64,000 bases of DNA from Bacillota bacterium (GCA_050260475.1 JBLNCG010000028.1:64283-128282); one strand, 5' to 3'. Numbered from the stretch's first letter, positions 8,463-17,522 are shown. Numbers and translations are program-made. Notes: generated by a model from the sequence alone, not told the origin.

Positions 8463-9788
8463 ATGTTTGAACAGTTGGCGCGAAAAATTCAGGAAGCCTT
8501 GAAGTTTTTAAGCAACCGGGGCAAGCTTTCGGAAAAGGATTTGGACGATGCTTTGCGCCTAATCCGTCTGTCCTTGCTGGAAGCTGATGTGAATTATAAA
8601 GTGGTTAAGGATTTTATTCAGAGGGCAAGGGAGAAGGCCCTGGGGAAAGAGGTTTTGGAAAGCCTGACCCCGGGCCAGATGGTGGTGAAAATCGTCCGGG
8701 ATGAATTGGTTTCATTAATGGGTGGAACCAACCAGGGTTTGTCGTATTCAGTTCAATCTCCGCTGGTCGTGATGATAATCGGCCTTCAGGGATCCGGGAA
8801 AACCACTACCTGCGCCAAGCTGGCCCGGCTCTTAAAACAGTCCGGAAAGCGTCCGTTGCTGGTGGCGGCGGATATTTACCGGCCGGCTGCGGTGGATCAG
8901 CTAAAGATACTGGCTGAACGCCTTGATGTATTGTTTTACGAATCGCGGAGGAAGGCTCCGCCGCAAATTGCCTCGGAAGGTTTGAACGAAGCGCGCAGGA
9001 AAGCGGCGGATACGGTGATCATTGATACGGCGGGCCGCCTTCATATCGATGGGGAAATGCTGTCCGAACTTCAGGAAATCGCCAATAATGTCAATCCAGG
9101 TGAAATCTTGCTGGTGGCGGATGCCATGACCGGCCAGGATGCGGTGGCGGTGGCGCAAGGATTTCAATCCGTCCTGAACCTGACAGGCGTCATCCTTACC
9201 AAAGTGGACAGCGATGCCAGAGGCGGCGCCGCTCTTTCCATGCGATCAACCCTGGAAAAACCCATCAAATATATCGGTGTAGGGGAAAAGCTGGAGGCTT
9301 TGGAGCCTTTCCATCCTGAGCGCATGGCGTCACGCATTCTGGGCATGGGCGATATCCTTACTCTTATCGAGAAGGCCGAAACCGCCATGAATGCGGAGCA
9401 GTCGAAAAAAATAGCCCGGAAATTGAGCAGGGCGGATTTCACCCTGGAAGATTTTCTTGATCAGTTGGAACAGATGAAAAAAATGGGTCCCTTGGAGGAT
9501 TTGCTTAAAATCATCCCTGTTCTGCCCGGTAACGATTTGGCTGCGCTCAAGGTGGATGAAAAGGACCTCGTCCGTCTTGAAGCGATCATCCGTTCCATGA
9601 CTCCGGGAGAGCGGGCCAATCCGCAGATTATCAATGCAAGCCGTAGAGAGAGAATCGCCAGGGGAAGCGGTACATCCATCCAAGATATTAATAGATTATT
9701 GAACAGGTTTGAACAAAGCCGTAAAATGATCAAGGAATTCGCCGGAATAAGCAAAAAGTCCGGGAAGAAAAGACCGTTCCCTTTTTAA
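8463..9788 (+). CDS. ffh: signal recognition particle protein Ffh
   Basis: SRP54 N domain, G domain (GLQGSGKTTT, DTAGR, TKVDG) and Met-rich M domain. Confidence 0.95.
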   Translation: MFEQLARKIQEALKFLSNRGKLSEKDLDDALRLIRLSLLEADVNYKVVKDFIQRAREKALGKEVLESLTPGQMVVKIVRDELVSLMGGTNQGLSYSVQSPLVVMIIGLQGSGKTTTCAKLARLLKQSGKRPLLVAADIYRPAAVDQLKILAERLDVLFYESRRKAPPQIASEGLNEARRKAADTVIIDTAGRLHIDGEMLSELQEIANNVNPGEILLVADAMTGQDAVAVAQGFQSVLNLTGVILTKVDSDARGGAALSMRSTLEKPIKYIGVGEKLEALEPFHPERMASRILGMGDILTLIEKAETAMNAEQSKKIARKLSRADFTLEDFLDQLEQMKKMGPLEDLLKIIPVLPGNDLAALKVDEKDLVRLEAIIRSMTPGERANPQIINASRRERIARGSGTSIQDINRLLNRFEQSRKMIKEFAGISKKSGKKRPFPF

Positions 9789-9823
9789 AATAAAATTTCC
9801 CTAATCGAAAGGAGGTGACAAGT

Positions 9824-10084
9824 TTGGCGGTCAGAATCAGATTGAACCGGATTGGCGCAAAGAAACAGCCGCATTACCGTTTGGTGGTCGCAGATTCCCG
9901 TTCAGCCCGCGACGGACGTTTTATCGATATACTCGGATATTACAACCCCATCACGGAACCCATTGAATTCAAGGTGGATCGGGAAAAAGTGCTGGATTGG
10001 ATTAAAAAAGGCGCCCAGCCCTCGGATACCGCAAAGAGGCTATTGGAAAAGGCCGGCGTATTAACCAAGGGAACCGCGAAGTAA
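9824..10084 (+). CDS. rpsP: 30S ribosomal protein S16
   Basis: TTG start 5 nt after [33 protein letters not shown] matches the S16 N-terminus. Confidence 0.9.
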   Translation: MAVRIRLNRIGAKKQPHYRLVVADSRSARDGRFIDILGYYNPITEPIEFKVDREKVLDWIKKGAQPSDTAKRLLEKAGVLTKGTAK

Positions 10085-10130
10085 GCCGATCGAAGCCTGT
10101 AAATATAGGCATAATGTCGATGTAAAAGGA

Positions 10131-10370
10131 GTGGTGCTGATGAAGGGGCTGGTAGAGGTTCTGGCAAAAGCCCTGGTCGATCAGCCGGATGAGGTGAGTG
10201 TGGTGGAAGTGGAGGGAGAAACCAATATTCTGGTGGAGATTAAAGTTGCTCCCGAGGATGTGGGAAAAATCATCGGAAAACAGGGACGCATCATCCGTGC
10301 CATACGCACTCTGGCTAAATCCGTAGCCCAAAAGCAGAGAAAGAACGTCTCTGTGGAATTGTGGCAATAA
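10131..10370 (+). CDS. KH-domain RNA-binding protein (UPF0109, YlqC-like)
   Basis: GXXG KH motif (IGKQGRIIRAIR). Conserved position between rpsP and rimM. Confidence 0.8.
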   Translation: MVLMKGLVEVLAKALVDQPDEVSVVEVEGETNILVEIKVAPEDVGKIIGKQGRIIRAIRTLAKSVAQKQRKNVSVELWQ

Positions 10371-10408
10371 AAGAGATTAAAACGGTGAATACTGGCAAGG
10401 GGAATTGC

Positions 10409-10921
10409 ATGTCAGCGTTTGTCCGTCTGGGTAAAATCCTCGGTCCCCACGGCATCAAGGGCCAATTGAAGCTCTGGCCGTACACTTCCTTTTTGGAGCG
10501 CTTCCAGCATTTGGACGAGGTGTTCCTAAAAAAAGGGGACGAAACCAGGATTTTTCATTTCGGCGAATTTACTTCAACGCATAAGGGTGCTCTGATATCG
10601 CTTAAGGAATGCAGGGATCGATCGACAGCTCAACAATTATCCGGCTGTCATTTATGCGTACCCGAAGAACAGCGGAGTAAACTGCCGGAGAACTATTATT
10701 ATCATGATGATCTGATCGGTCTTTCTGTTTATGAACCGGACGGAACCCGTGTCGGAAAAGTGCGTTATATATATGAACGTGGCATTCAAGATTGCCTCTG
10801 CATTGCCGATGAGACGGGCTGCGAATTTCTGGTTCCTTTCCACCGAAATTTCATTGTCAGTGTCGATCAGGAGGGGAAAAAAATTATTATCCGATCTATC
10901 CCCGGTTTGCTGGATAGGTGA
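10409..10921 (+). CDS. rimM: ribosome maturation factor RimM
   Basis: GKILGPHGIKGQLKL PRC-barrel signature. Start taken at ATG 10409 (AAGGGGA RBS). The ORF is open from 10361. Confidence 0.8.
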   Translation: MSAFVRLGKILGPHGIKGQLKLWPYTSFLERFQHLDEVFLKKGDETRIFHFGEFTSTHKGALISLKECRDRSTAQQLSGCHLCVPEEQRSKLPENYYYHDDLIGLSVYEPDGTRVGKVRYIYERGIQDCLCIADETGCEFLVPFHRNFIVSVDQEGKKIIIRSIPGLLDR

Positions 10922-10927
10922 GCGGAG

Positions 10928-11677
10928 ATGGAAATCGATATTTTGACGCTTTTCCCTGAGATGTTTGCCGGCCCGTTTTCCTGTAGTGTTATTAAAAGAG
11001 CGTTAGATAAAGGATTGTTTCAGATAAGGCTCCATGACATCCGGGACTTCGCGCTCGATAAACACCGGAGCGTGGATGATACGCCATACGGCGGCGGTTC
11101 GGGGATGGTGATGAAGCCAGAGCCCGTTTATTTTGCCTTACAGGTCGTCAAGAAGATTGCGAATTCGCCTGCCAGAGTGATTCTCTTGACCCCCCAGGGA
11201 GAAAGACTGAACCAGAAAATTGCGCAAAAGTTGTCAGTCTTGCCGCGCCTGATTTTGATTTGCGGGCATTATGAAGGTTTTGATGAACGCATTAGGGAAC
11301 ACATGGCGGATCAAGAAATATCCGTCGGAGATTACATCCTGACCGGCGGGGAATTGCCGGCGATGGTTCTTGTTGATGCTGTAGCGCGCCTGATTCCGGG
11401 TGTACTTGGAAATACGGAGTCCGCTTATGCGGAGTCATTTTTCGACGGCCTCCTGGAATATCCTCAGTACACAAAACCTAGCGTTTTCCAAGGTTGGCCG
11501 GTTCCCGACATTCTGCTTCAGGGGGATCACGGTAAAATCGCCCGGTGGCGCCGCGAGCAGGCCCTTATCAGGACCTTGAGGCGCAGGCCTGATTTATTGG
11601 AAAATATTAATCTGGCCCCGAATGAAAGGAAAAAACTGGAAGAAATAAAAAATAAAGATGCTGAAGTGGAAGAGTAA
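10928..11677 (+). CDS. trmD: tRNA (guanine37-N1)-methyltransferase TrmD
   Basis: SPOUT knot motifs ([23 protein letters not shown]). Confidence 0.9.
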   Translation: MEIDILTLFPEMFAGPFSCSVIKRALDKGLFQIRLHDIRDFALDKHRSVDDTPYGGGSGMVMKPEPVYFALQVVKKIANSPARVILLTPQGERLNQKIAQKLSVLPRLILICGHYEGFDERIREHMADQEISVGDYILTGGELPAMVLVDAVARLIPGVLGNTESAYAESFFDGLLEYPQYTKPSVFQGWPVPDILLQGDHGKIARWRREQALIRTLRRRPDLLENINLAPNERKKLEEIKNKDAEVEE

Positions 11678-11689
11678 AGGAGGACTAAT

Positions 11690-12061
11690 ATGGATTTATT
11701 AGGTATGGTAGAAAAGGACTATCAAAAAAACGCCCTGCCGGACCTAAATCCCGGAGCGGTAGTCAGGATTCATGTAAAGGTGAAAGAAGGCAACCGCGAA
11801 AGAATTCAGGTTTTTGAAGGGACGATTATTGCGAAAAAAGGCGGAGGATTGAAAGAAACATTCATAGTCAGGAAGGTTTCCCAGGGAGTAGGCGTGGAAA
11901 GGACTTTTCCGGTTCATTCGCCGAGTATTGAAAAGATAGAAGTGGTCAAAGAAGGCAGGATTAAGCGCGCCAAATTATATTACTTGCGCAAGCGTTCCGG
12001 GAAGTCCGCGCGTATCGTGGAAAAACGCGCTGCCGCGGCGGAGGCTGACATAGAAGAATAG
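11690..12061 (+). CDS. rplS: 50S ribosomal protein L19
   Basis: Conserved L19 sequence ([27 protein letters not shown]). AAGGAGG RBS. Confidence 0.9.
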   Translation: MDLLGMVEKDYQKNALPDLNPGAVVRIHVKVKEGNRERIQVFEGTIIAKKGGGLKETFIVRKVSQGVGVERTFPVHSPSIEKIEVVKEGRIKRAKLYYLRKRSGKSARIVEKRAAAAEADIEE

Positions 12062-12139
12062 GGGCATCTATTCGTGACGTATTTTTCCGGTATTCTTCTT
12101 TTAGGTTAACGAAACTTCGTCTTGACCGGGGGAAATAGC

Positions 12140-12715
12140 ATGTCGGAGTGGAAAAAAGCCCGTGTGGAACTTTATCCTAAATCATGTTTCCGGGAAAACC
12201 TGGAATCCATCGCAATTGCCATCACGTTTACTGTTTTTGTCATGATCTTTGTTTTACAAGCGTGCATGGTTGATGGGCATTCCATGGAGCCTACATTGCA
12301 CGATCGGGAAAGGTTATTTGTGGACAAGATAACCTATCAGATTCTTCCTTTGAAAACCGGCGATATCGTGGTTTTTCACCCTCCGCTGGAAACAAAAAAC
12401 CGCTTCATCAAAAGGGTGATAGGTACTCCCGGAAATTATGTGGAGATTAAAAACGGAGATGTATACATCAACGGGAAACCGCTTCATGAACCTTATCTGA
12501 AGGATCAGGATTTTTTACCCGGTAATTATGCATCGCAAGTAATTCCTGCGGATAAATATCTCGTGCTGGGGGATAACCGCAATAACAGCAACGACGGACG
12601 CTGGTTCGGCCTGATCGGGAAAAAAGCCATCGTGGGCAGGGCGGTATTTGTTTTTTGGCCCTTTTCAAGGATGGGATTTATTAAATATCCTCATTATTAT
12701 AGAACCGGTGATTAA
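12140..12715 (+). CDS. lepB: signal peptidase I (second copy)
   Basis: Catalytic SMEPT, KRVIG and GDNRNNS boxes with an N-terminal TM. Confidence 0.8.
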   Translation: MSEWKKARVELYPKSCFRENLESIAIAITFTVFVMIFVLQACMVDGHSMEPTLHDRERLFVDKITYQILPLKTGDIVVFHPPLETKNRFIKRVIGTPGNYVEIKNGDVYINGKPLHEPYLKDQDFLPGNYASQVIPADKYLVLGDNRNNSNDGRWFGLIGKKAIVGRAVFVFWPFSRMGFIKYPHYYRTGD

Positions 12716-12725
12716 ATGCATCTAA

Positions 12726-12823
12726 CCGTTTTGGAAAATCGCGATATCTCTAGGCCGTACCAATTAAGGTACGCTCGGCGTGCCTAAGTTAAGGCACGTT
12801 CCTTTAACGCGTTTTGCGATTGC
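12726..12823 (-). repeat. intergenic repeat family C, copy 1 (~98 bp, TIR-bounded)
   Basis: Ends ATCGCGATTTTCCAAAACGG / AACGCGTTTTGCGATTG are inverted repeats of each other. Two internal perfect hairpins: GTACC-aattaa-GGTAC and GTGCCT-aagtta-AGGCAC. The reverse complement aligns with copy 2 at 44713-44784. Confidence 0.7.
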
Positions 12824-13029
12824 TCAACTTTTACACTTTGATTTTAATGCAGCAAAATCAATATTTTAGGGATATTAAATTTGAAAAAATCGTTAAAAGA
12901 TCGTCTTTTCTTGTCCCGCAAGATCATTTGGATATTTTTCATTGCTGATTTTGATTTTTTTGTTTTGCATTGCAAGAACAGAAAGATATGACTTTGCGCC
13001 GGGCTAAATTGATATGCGAAATTTGAGTG
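12823..13029 (+). repeat. intergenic repeat family B, copy 1 (~207 bp)
   Basis: Starts CTCAACTTTT, ends CGAAATTTGAGTG (imperfect TIR). Contains the perfect 24-bp palindrome TTGATTTTAATGCAGCAAAATCAA (12838-12861) and a second palindrome TCTTGTCCCGCAAGA. Aligns with 16192-16349. Confidence 0.7.
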
Positions 13030-13073
13030 ATTGATAAGCTTAATTACAGGTTTAATAATATGTGCGGGAGGGG

Positions 13074-13925
13074 ATGTCGGTTAAGAGAATTCAATGGTTT
13101 CCCGGACATATGGCCAAGGCGTTCAGGGATTTTAAAAAAGTCTTCAGCCTAGTACACCTGATTGTGGAGGTAGCGGACGCACGTATTCCCATTACCAGCC
13201 GCAATCCGGAATTAGGGCATCTGGCTTCACACAAACCCCGCATTCTTCTTCTAAATAAAATGGATCTGGCGGATCCGCGCATCACTGTCCAATGGCATGA
13301 ATTTTGGGAAAAAGAGGGGATAAATGTTTTTCCTGTAAATGCCAGATTGCAGCAGGGTTTCCTGGAAGTTACGAGAAAGATCAAAACTCTGCAGGTTTCC
13401 AATCCTTCCCCCTTCAGACTGATGATTATCGGATTGCCCAATACCGGGAAATCGTCGGTTTTGAATAGTTTATGTAAAAACGGACGCTGTAAGACCGGGA
13501 ATAAGCCGGGGACAACCAGGGGAAAACAGTGGATCACCACGCCGTACGGGTGGGAACTTCTGGATACGCCGGGACTGATGCAACCTGGAGAGATGACGGC
13601 ACAAGCGGGCGTAAAACTGGCTGCAGCCGGCGTTATTCCTGATGATCTGCTGGGATTGGAAGAATTGGCCCTGGATCTGATTCGTGTTCTTAAGGAGAAG
13701 TATGCTTTAGGGGATCAAAAGGCGGTATGCCTCAATCAAGAGGCGGACGAATATGCAATTCTAAAGGGATTCGGCCTGAAGCAAGGATGTCTTGCAAAGC
13801 GGGGTGAAGTGGATTTGCACCGCACCGCGGGAATTTTTATGCGGGATTTTCGCAACGGAAGGCTGGGGCGGTTTACTCTCGAGTGGCCGCAGGACTTTTA
13901 TCCTTCAACAAGCGTAGAAAAATAA
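13074..13925 (+). CDS. rbgA: ribosome biogenesis GTPase A (RbgA/YlqF)
   Basis: IQWFPGHMAKA N-terminus. Circularly permuted GTPase motifs (LLNKMDL, GLPNTGKSS, DTPG). Confidence 0.85.
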   Translation: MSVKRIQWFPGHMAKAFRDFKKVFSLVHLIVEVADARIPITSRNPELGHLASHKPRILLLNKMDLADPRITVQWHEFWEKEGINVFPVNARLQQGFLEVTRKIKTLQVSNPSPFRLMIIGLPNTGKSSVLNSLCKNGRCKTGNKPGTTRGKQWITTPYGWELLDTPGLMQPGEMTAQAGVKLAAAGVIPDDLLGLEELALDLIRVLKEKYALGDQKAVCLNQEADEYAILKGFGLKQGCLAKRGEVDLHRTAGIFMRDFRNGRLGRFTLEWPQDFYPSTSVEK

Positions 13926-14970
13926 CTCCGCCGACGATATTGTTGGTATGAAAACTAATCAGGCGCCAGAGGGTGATGATTACTCCCAGCATATTTTTAG
14001 GAACATAAAGCTGACGGAAAATGGAGAGGAATCCTAATTCCACCACCCCGCTTCCCCCAGGAATAGGCAGGTAGGCAGCGACAAAAATGAATAGGTATTG
14101 AAGCAGGATGGAACTGGCGAAGTTCACTTTAAATCCCAGAAAATACAAGATAACAGGGGCAATGGAAAAAAATGAGAGCCAAAAAAGGCTGGAAAGGATC
14201 AAAATCAATGCAATTAGCCCCTTATTTTTATGAAAAAGCGCCGTGAGGCAAAGGTGGAATTCATCCAGCGCTTTGAAAAAGGCCTCCAAGTTGGTTTCCA
14301 GGAATATGTTTTTTCCCCGATCGGACGCGTCGCATTCTGCGGAAGAGCATTTTTGTTTTTCTTTACTGCATTTAAACAGCGCGAGAAATGTTAAGAGCAG
14401 GTTTTTTGCCGCATGCGGTCTGCTGAGAAAGAAGATTAAAAGTCCGCTGATCACCGCGCCTAGGATTATTAAAATAATCTGGATGAATAAAGCGAGATGC
14501 AGTACTTTCGGAAAAATAAACAGCAGCACGGGGGCTCCCAGCGTGAAAACAAGGGTGCCTGTGGCGATGCGCGCCGTAACGACGGCACTGGCTTTTCCCA
14601 GGGACATCCCCTCCTTGTGCAGAAGGTAAACCTGGGTAGGGGCACCTCCCGAAGTATATGGAGTCATATTTCCTGTAAAAAAAGTAGCCAGGTTGATTAA
14701 AATGATTTTATATAATGGAAGGTTTTCCTCAAGTAAAGTGGAAATGACTTTTATGCGCATACCTTCAACCAGCCACGACAGGGCAAGCATTAAAAGACCG
14801 GCGGCGGCAGCCCAGCATAACTTGAAGGTGTTCAATGCGCGCAGAACTTTTAAGGTGTCTCCGCCTGAACTGTAAAGGTTGACGGCTAGCAGGCATAAGA
14901 AGCTCAAACCCACGGTAACGGTAATACCGCGTTGAATGGTTCTGCGGCTAATGCTGTTTCGGCTGATCAT
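13873..14970 (-). CDS. UPF0104 / flippase-like (LPG_synthase_TM family) integral membrane protein
   Basis: About 8 predicted TM helices. The conserved C-terminal IPGGSGVVELGF motif is typical of the family. 3' end overlaps the rbgA 3' end by 53 bp (convergent). Confidence 0.65.
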   Translation of the reverse strand: MISRNSISRRTIQRGITVTVGLSFLCLLAVNLYSSGGDTLKVLRALNTFKLCWAAAAGLLMLALSWLVEGMRIKVISTLLEENLPLYKIILINLATFFTGNMTPYTSGGAPTQVYLLHKEGMSLGKASAVVTARIATGTLVFTLGAPVLLFIFPKVLHLALFIQIILIILGAVISGLLIFFLSRPHAAKNLLLTFLALFKCSKEKQKCSSAECDASDRGKNIFLETNLEAFFKALDEFHLCLTALFHKNKGLIALILILSSLFWLSFFSIAPVILYFLGFKVNFASSILLQYLFIFVAAYLPIPGGSGVVELGFLSIFRQLYVPKNMLGVIITLWRLISFHTNNIVGGVIFLRLLKDKSPAATRE

Positions 14971-15256
14971 GTTTCATGTTCCCACCTTTTCGGCAATGTC
15001 AAAAACAGGTCCTATATGGGATAAAAAATGGATTGTGATATTTATCAAACTCTTGCCATACCATAAAATTCAGTTCTATTTCATATTTTATTGCTATTTT
15101 CGCCCTGATGTGCCTTTCTCCTGCAGCAAGATCTTCCATCCGCGCCGCAGTCCGGCGCCCAATCTTAAGTACCTGACATATATGCGCTTACGATTAAATG
15201 CCATAATTATTCTCAATCCAATCGTAATTTCATGGCAGAACTGGGAAGGCGGTTTT

Positions 15257-15937
15257 ATGCAAGAATCCGCATTACACAATTTATACAACCGGATGTTTCC
15301 GGGTTTAAAAACCAAACTTCACGAGGAGAAAAAACGCCTTCATCTGATGTTGAGTTATGAACGCCGCTGCCTCAGGAGGGGTTACTCCAAAGTGGCGGGG
15401 ATTGATGAGGCTGGCAGGGGCCCGCTGGCCGGCCCGGTGATAGCCGCGGCGGCGATTTTGCCTTCCGGCATCAAGCCATATGGCCTTAATGATTCCAAGC
15501 AAATGACCAAAGGACAACGGGAGTATCTGTACCAGCATCTGCTGGATTCCGGAGCTGCCATAGCATGGGCCGGTGTGGATGCGGAAGAAATCGATGTTCT
15601 CAACATTTACCGGGCTACCATAAAAGCCATGCGATTAGCGTTGGAAAAACTCATCCCTCAACCGGACTTTTTACTAATAGACGGAATGGGGATCGATCTG
15701 GGAATGCCTGGAGAGGCCATTGTAAAAGGAGATGCGAAATCGTTGTCCATTGCCGCGGCTTCTGTAGTGGCAAAAGTTGCCCGGGATCGGATTATGGAGG
15801 AATACGCCAGTGTTTATCCTGAATACGGTTTTGATAAACATAAAGGCTATCCGACCCCTGAACACTACCGTATCCTGCAAAAGCTGGGCCCTTGCAAAAT
15901 ACACCGGTTGTCTTTCCGGCTTAAGGAAAAGGCTTAA
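15257..15937 (+). CDS. rnhB: ribonuclease HII
   Basis: GIDEAGRGPLAGPV catalytic motif. Start chosen at ATG 15257 (GGGAAGGCGG RBS). The long upstream in-frame extension lacks homology. Confidence 0.85.
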   Translation: MQESALHNLYNRMFPGLKTKLHEEKKRLHLMLSYERRCLRRGYSKVAGIDEAGRGPLAGPVIAAAAILPSGIKPYGLNDSKQMTKGQREYLYQHLLDSGAAIAWAGVDAEEIDVLNIYRATIKAMRLALEKLIPQPDFLLIDGMGIDLGMPGEAIVKGDAKSLSIAAASVVAKVARDRIMEEYASVYPEYGFDKHKGYPTPEHYRILQKLGPCKIHRLSFRLKEKA

Positions 15938-15941
15938 ACAG

Positions 15942-16058
15942 GGCAATCTGCGTTGTTAAGATAATTTTACGCCTTGCCACGGAATATCGATAGCCTAATA
16001 GTAGCCATATACTATATTTACTGGCAAGACCTAGTATTAAGGTAAAAAAGCAATTGCC
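15942..16058 (-). repeat. intergenic repeat family A, copy 3 (inverted orientation)
   Basis: The reverse complement aligns along the full length with copies 1 and 2 (…AAGGCAATTGC…ATTAGGCTATCGATATT…CAACGCAGATTGCCC). Confidence 0.8.
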
Positions 16059-16162
16059 TTAACAGGTAAAACTTTAAACAAAAAAAAAGGGTATTAAGTT
16101 TTGGCAACAAACGCCGATTTTAAGATTAAGACCAGCCGAACGATCTATAACATCCCCCCCAT

Positions 16163-16187
16163 AACCCCGCGGAAGCGGGGTTTTTTC
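16163..16187 (+). terminator. rho-independent terminator
   Basis: CCCCGC-ggaa-GCGGGG followed by TTTTTT. Confidence 0.75.
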
Positions 16188-16191
16188 CGAA

Positions 16192-16349
16192 CTCAACTTT
16201 CGCACCTTGATTTTAATGCGGCAAAATCAATATTAAATTGAAAAAATCGTTAAAACATTCGTCTGTTCTTGTTACGCAAGATCATAATGTTTTGAATTTA
16301 TATTAATTGATATGATTTTGCTGCGCTCTAATCGTATACGAAAGTTGAG
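16192..16349 (+). repeat. intergenic repeat family B, copy 2 (~158 bp)
   Basis: CTCAACTTTCG...CGAAAGTTGAG 11-bp perfect TIRs. Contains the palindrome TTGATTTTAATGCGGCAAAATCAA (16207-16230) and TCTTGTTACGCAAGA. Confidence 0.75.
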
Positions 16350-16361
16350 TCGCGAATATAA

Positions 16362-17522
16362 TCATATGGATTTAAATACCGCGATGCAATTGTTGCCTAC
16401 CACTACCAGATAGCCGAGGCCGATGGAAGCATGTCTGGAATATTCATTATATTTTTCCAACAGGACTGATTCATATAACTGTTTGTCCGCTGAATATATT
16501 TCTCCGGAAATCAAGCGGCGTCCCGCCAAAGGGTCAAAAGAGCGGTAATAAACCATTCCGTTGGCGCTGAATATATAACTGGTGTTGCCGCCGGCGACGG
16601 CATTCCAGTGTATTTTTCCAGTCAAGGCATCCAGTGCGAAAATTTTGCCTGTGGTGCAGTGAGCTATCAGGTAATTCTGATATAGGGTGTAATGATTGAT
16701 ATTTCCCTCTAACCGCATCTGCCAAATGGTTTTTCCGGTAGTTTCACTGAGGGCGTGAATTAGATAATCCGAAGTCCCGACAAATACCATCCCCTGGGAA
16801 AGGACAGGATGGTTTGCGCCCCGGACCTTTGTTTTCCATATGATATCCCCGTTTTTAGGGGATAATGCGATCACTTCCGTAAATGAGCCGCTTATGTCGT
16901 TAGAGCTTACTGAAGTGAAACAGATGATATCGTTGTTTACCGCGAATGCGTTGGAGTTAACGCCCTGATATACTTTTTTCCAAATTGTGTCGCCATTGCT
17001 TGCATTAAGCGCAAAGAAATCAATACCGGAGGATCTTTTTCCCATCAGATATAGTTTATCATGGCAAAGCAGTGGAGGATAATGGTAATCGCTTAAAAAA
17101 GTCTTAGCCCAGAGTTCCTTTCCATTAAAGGCGTCATAGCAAAAAAGCGTGCCCTTTTTAGTTAATACTATAAGTTTTCCCTGATAAAATACAGGTTCAA
17201 GAAAACTTTCGAAATATGAAGTTTCCCAAGATACTTTGCCGGTCGCGATATTATAAGCGATCAGTTCCTGATTTTGCGTCAGTATGAAAAATTTGCCTCC
17301 GCCGATGATCGGTTCGGAACAAAAAACAGGGTTGTCGACGCGGGGCGGAATGCTCCAAACGAAAGTATAAGGAACCTTCGCGGATTTTTCGCCGGTATTC
17401 GCCCTGGTGCCGGAACCGTCGCAGCCGAACATCGGCCAGTTATCGGCGGATTCTGTCGCTGCCATGCCCGATCCTGTCAGCAATAGTAAAAGGAACAATA
17501 GTGGCGAGATTTTTTTATACAT
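16362..17522 (-). CDS. secreted PQQ-repeat beta-propeller protein (BamB-like)
   Basis: Signal peptide MYKKISPLLFLLLLLTGSGMAA. Repeated YAL/YAxD-G-W beta-propeller blades. Perfect RBS AAGGGAGG 7 nt before ATG 17522. Confidence 0.7.
   Translation of the reverse strand: MYKKISPLLFLLLLLTGSGMAATESADNWPMFGCDGSGTRANTGEKSAKVPYTFVWSIPPRVDNPVFCSEPIIGGGKFFILTQNQELIAYNIATGKVSWETSYFESFLEPVFYQGKLIVLTKKGTLFCYDAFNGKELWAKTFLSDYHYPPLLCHDKLYLMGKRSSGIDFFALNASNGDTIWKKVYQGVNSNAFAVNNDIICFTSVSSNDISGSFTEVIALSPKNGDIIWKTKVRGANHPVLSQGMVFVGTSDYLIHALSETTGKTIWQMRLEGNINHYTLYQNYLIAHCTTGKIFALDALTGKIHWNAVAGGNTSYIFSANGMVYYRSFDPLAGRRLISGEIYSADKQLYESVLLEKYNEYSRHASIGLGYLVVVGNNCIAVFKSI

Noticed and set aside
9915-9930. ATCGATAT matches inside rpsP and at the trmD start as extra family A copies
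   Set aside because: Only the 8-bp palindrome matches, with no flanking similarity. They are chance occurrences.
13873-13925. 53-bp convergent overlap of rbgA and the UPF0104 membrane gene, as a possible frameshift or mis-assembly
   Set aside because: Both proteins have intact conserved C-termini. Convergent overlaps of this size occur naturally, and there is no evidence of error.
14936-15256. Long N-terminal extension of the rnhB ORF (333 aa in the six-frame track)
   Set aside because: RNase HII homology starts near ATG 15257, which has a good RBS. The extension is AT-rich promoter-like DNA divergent from the UPF0104 gene.
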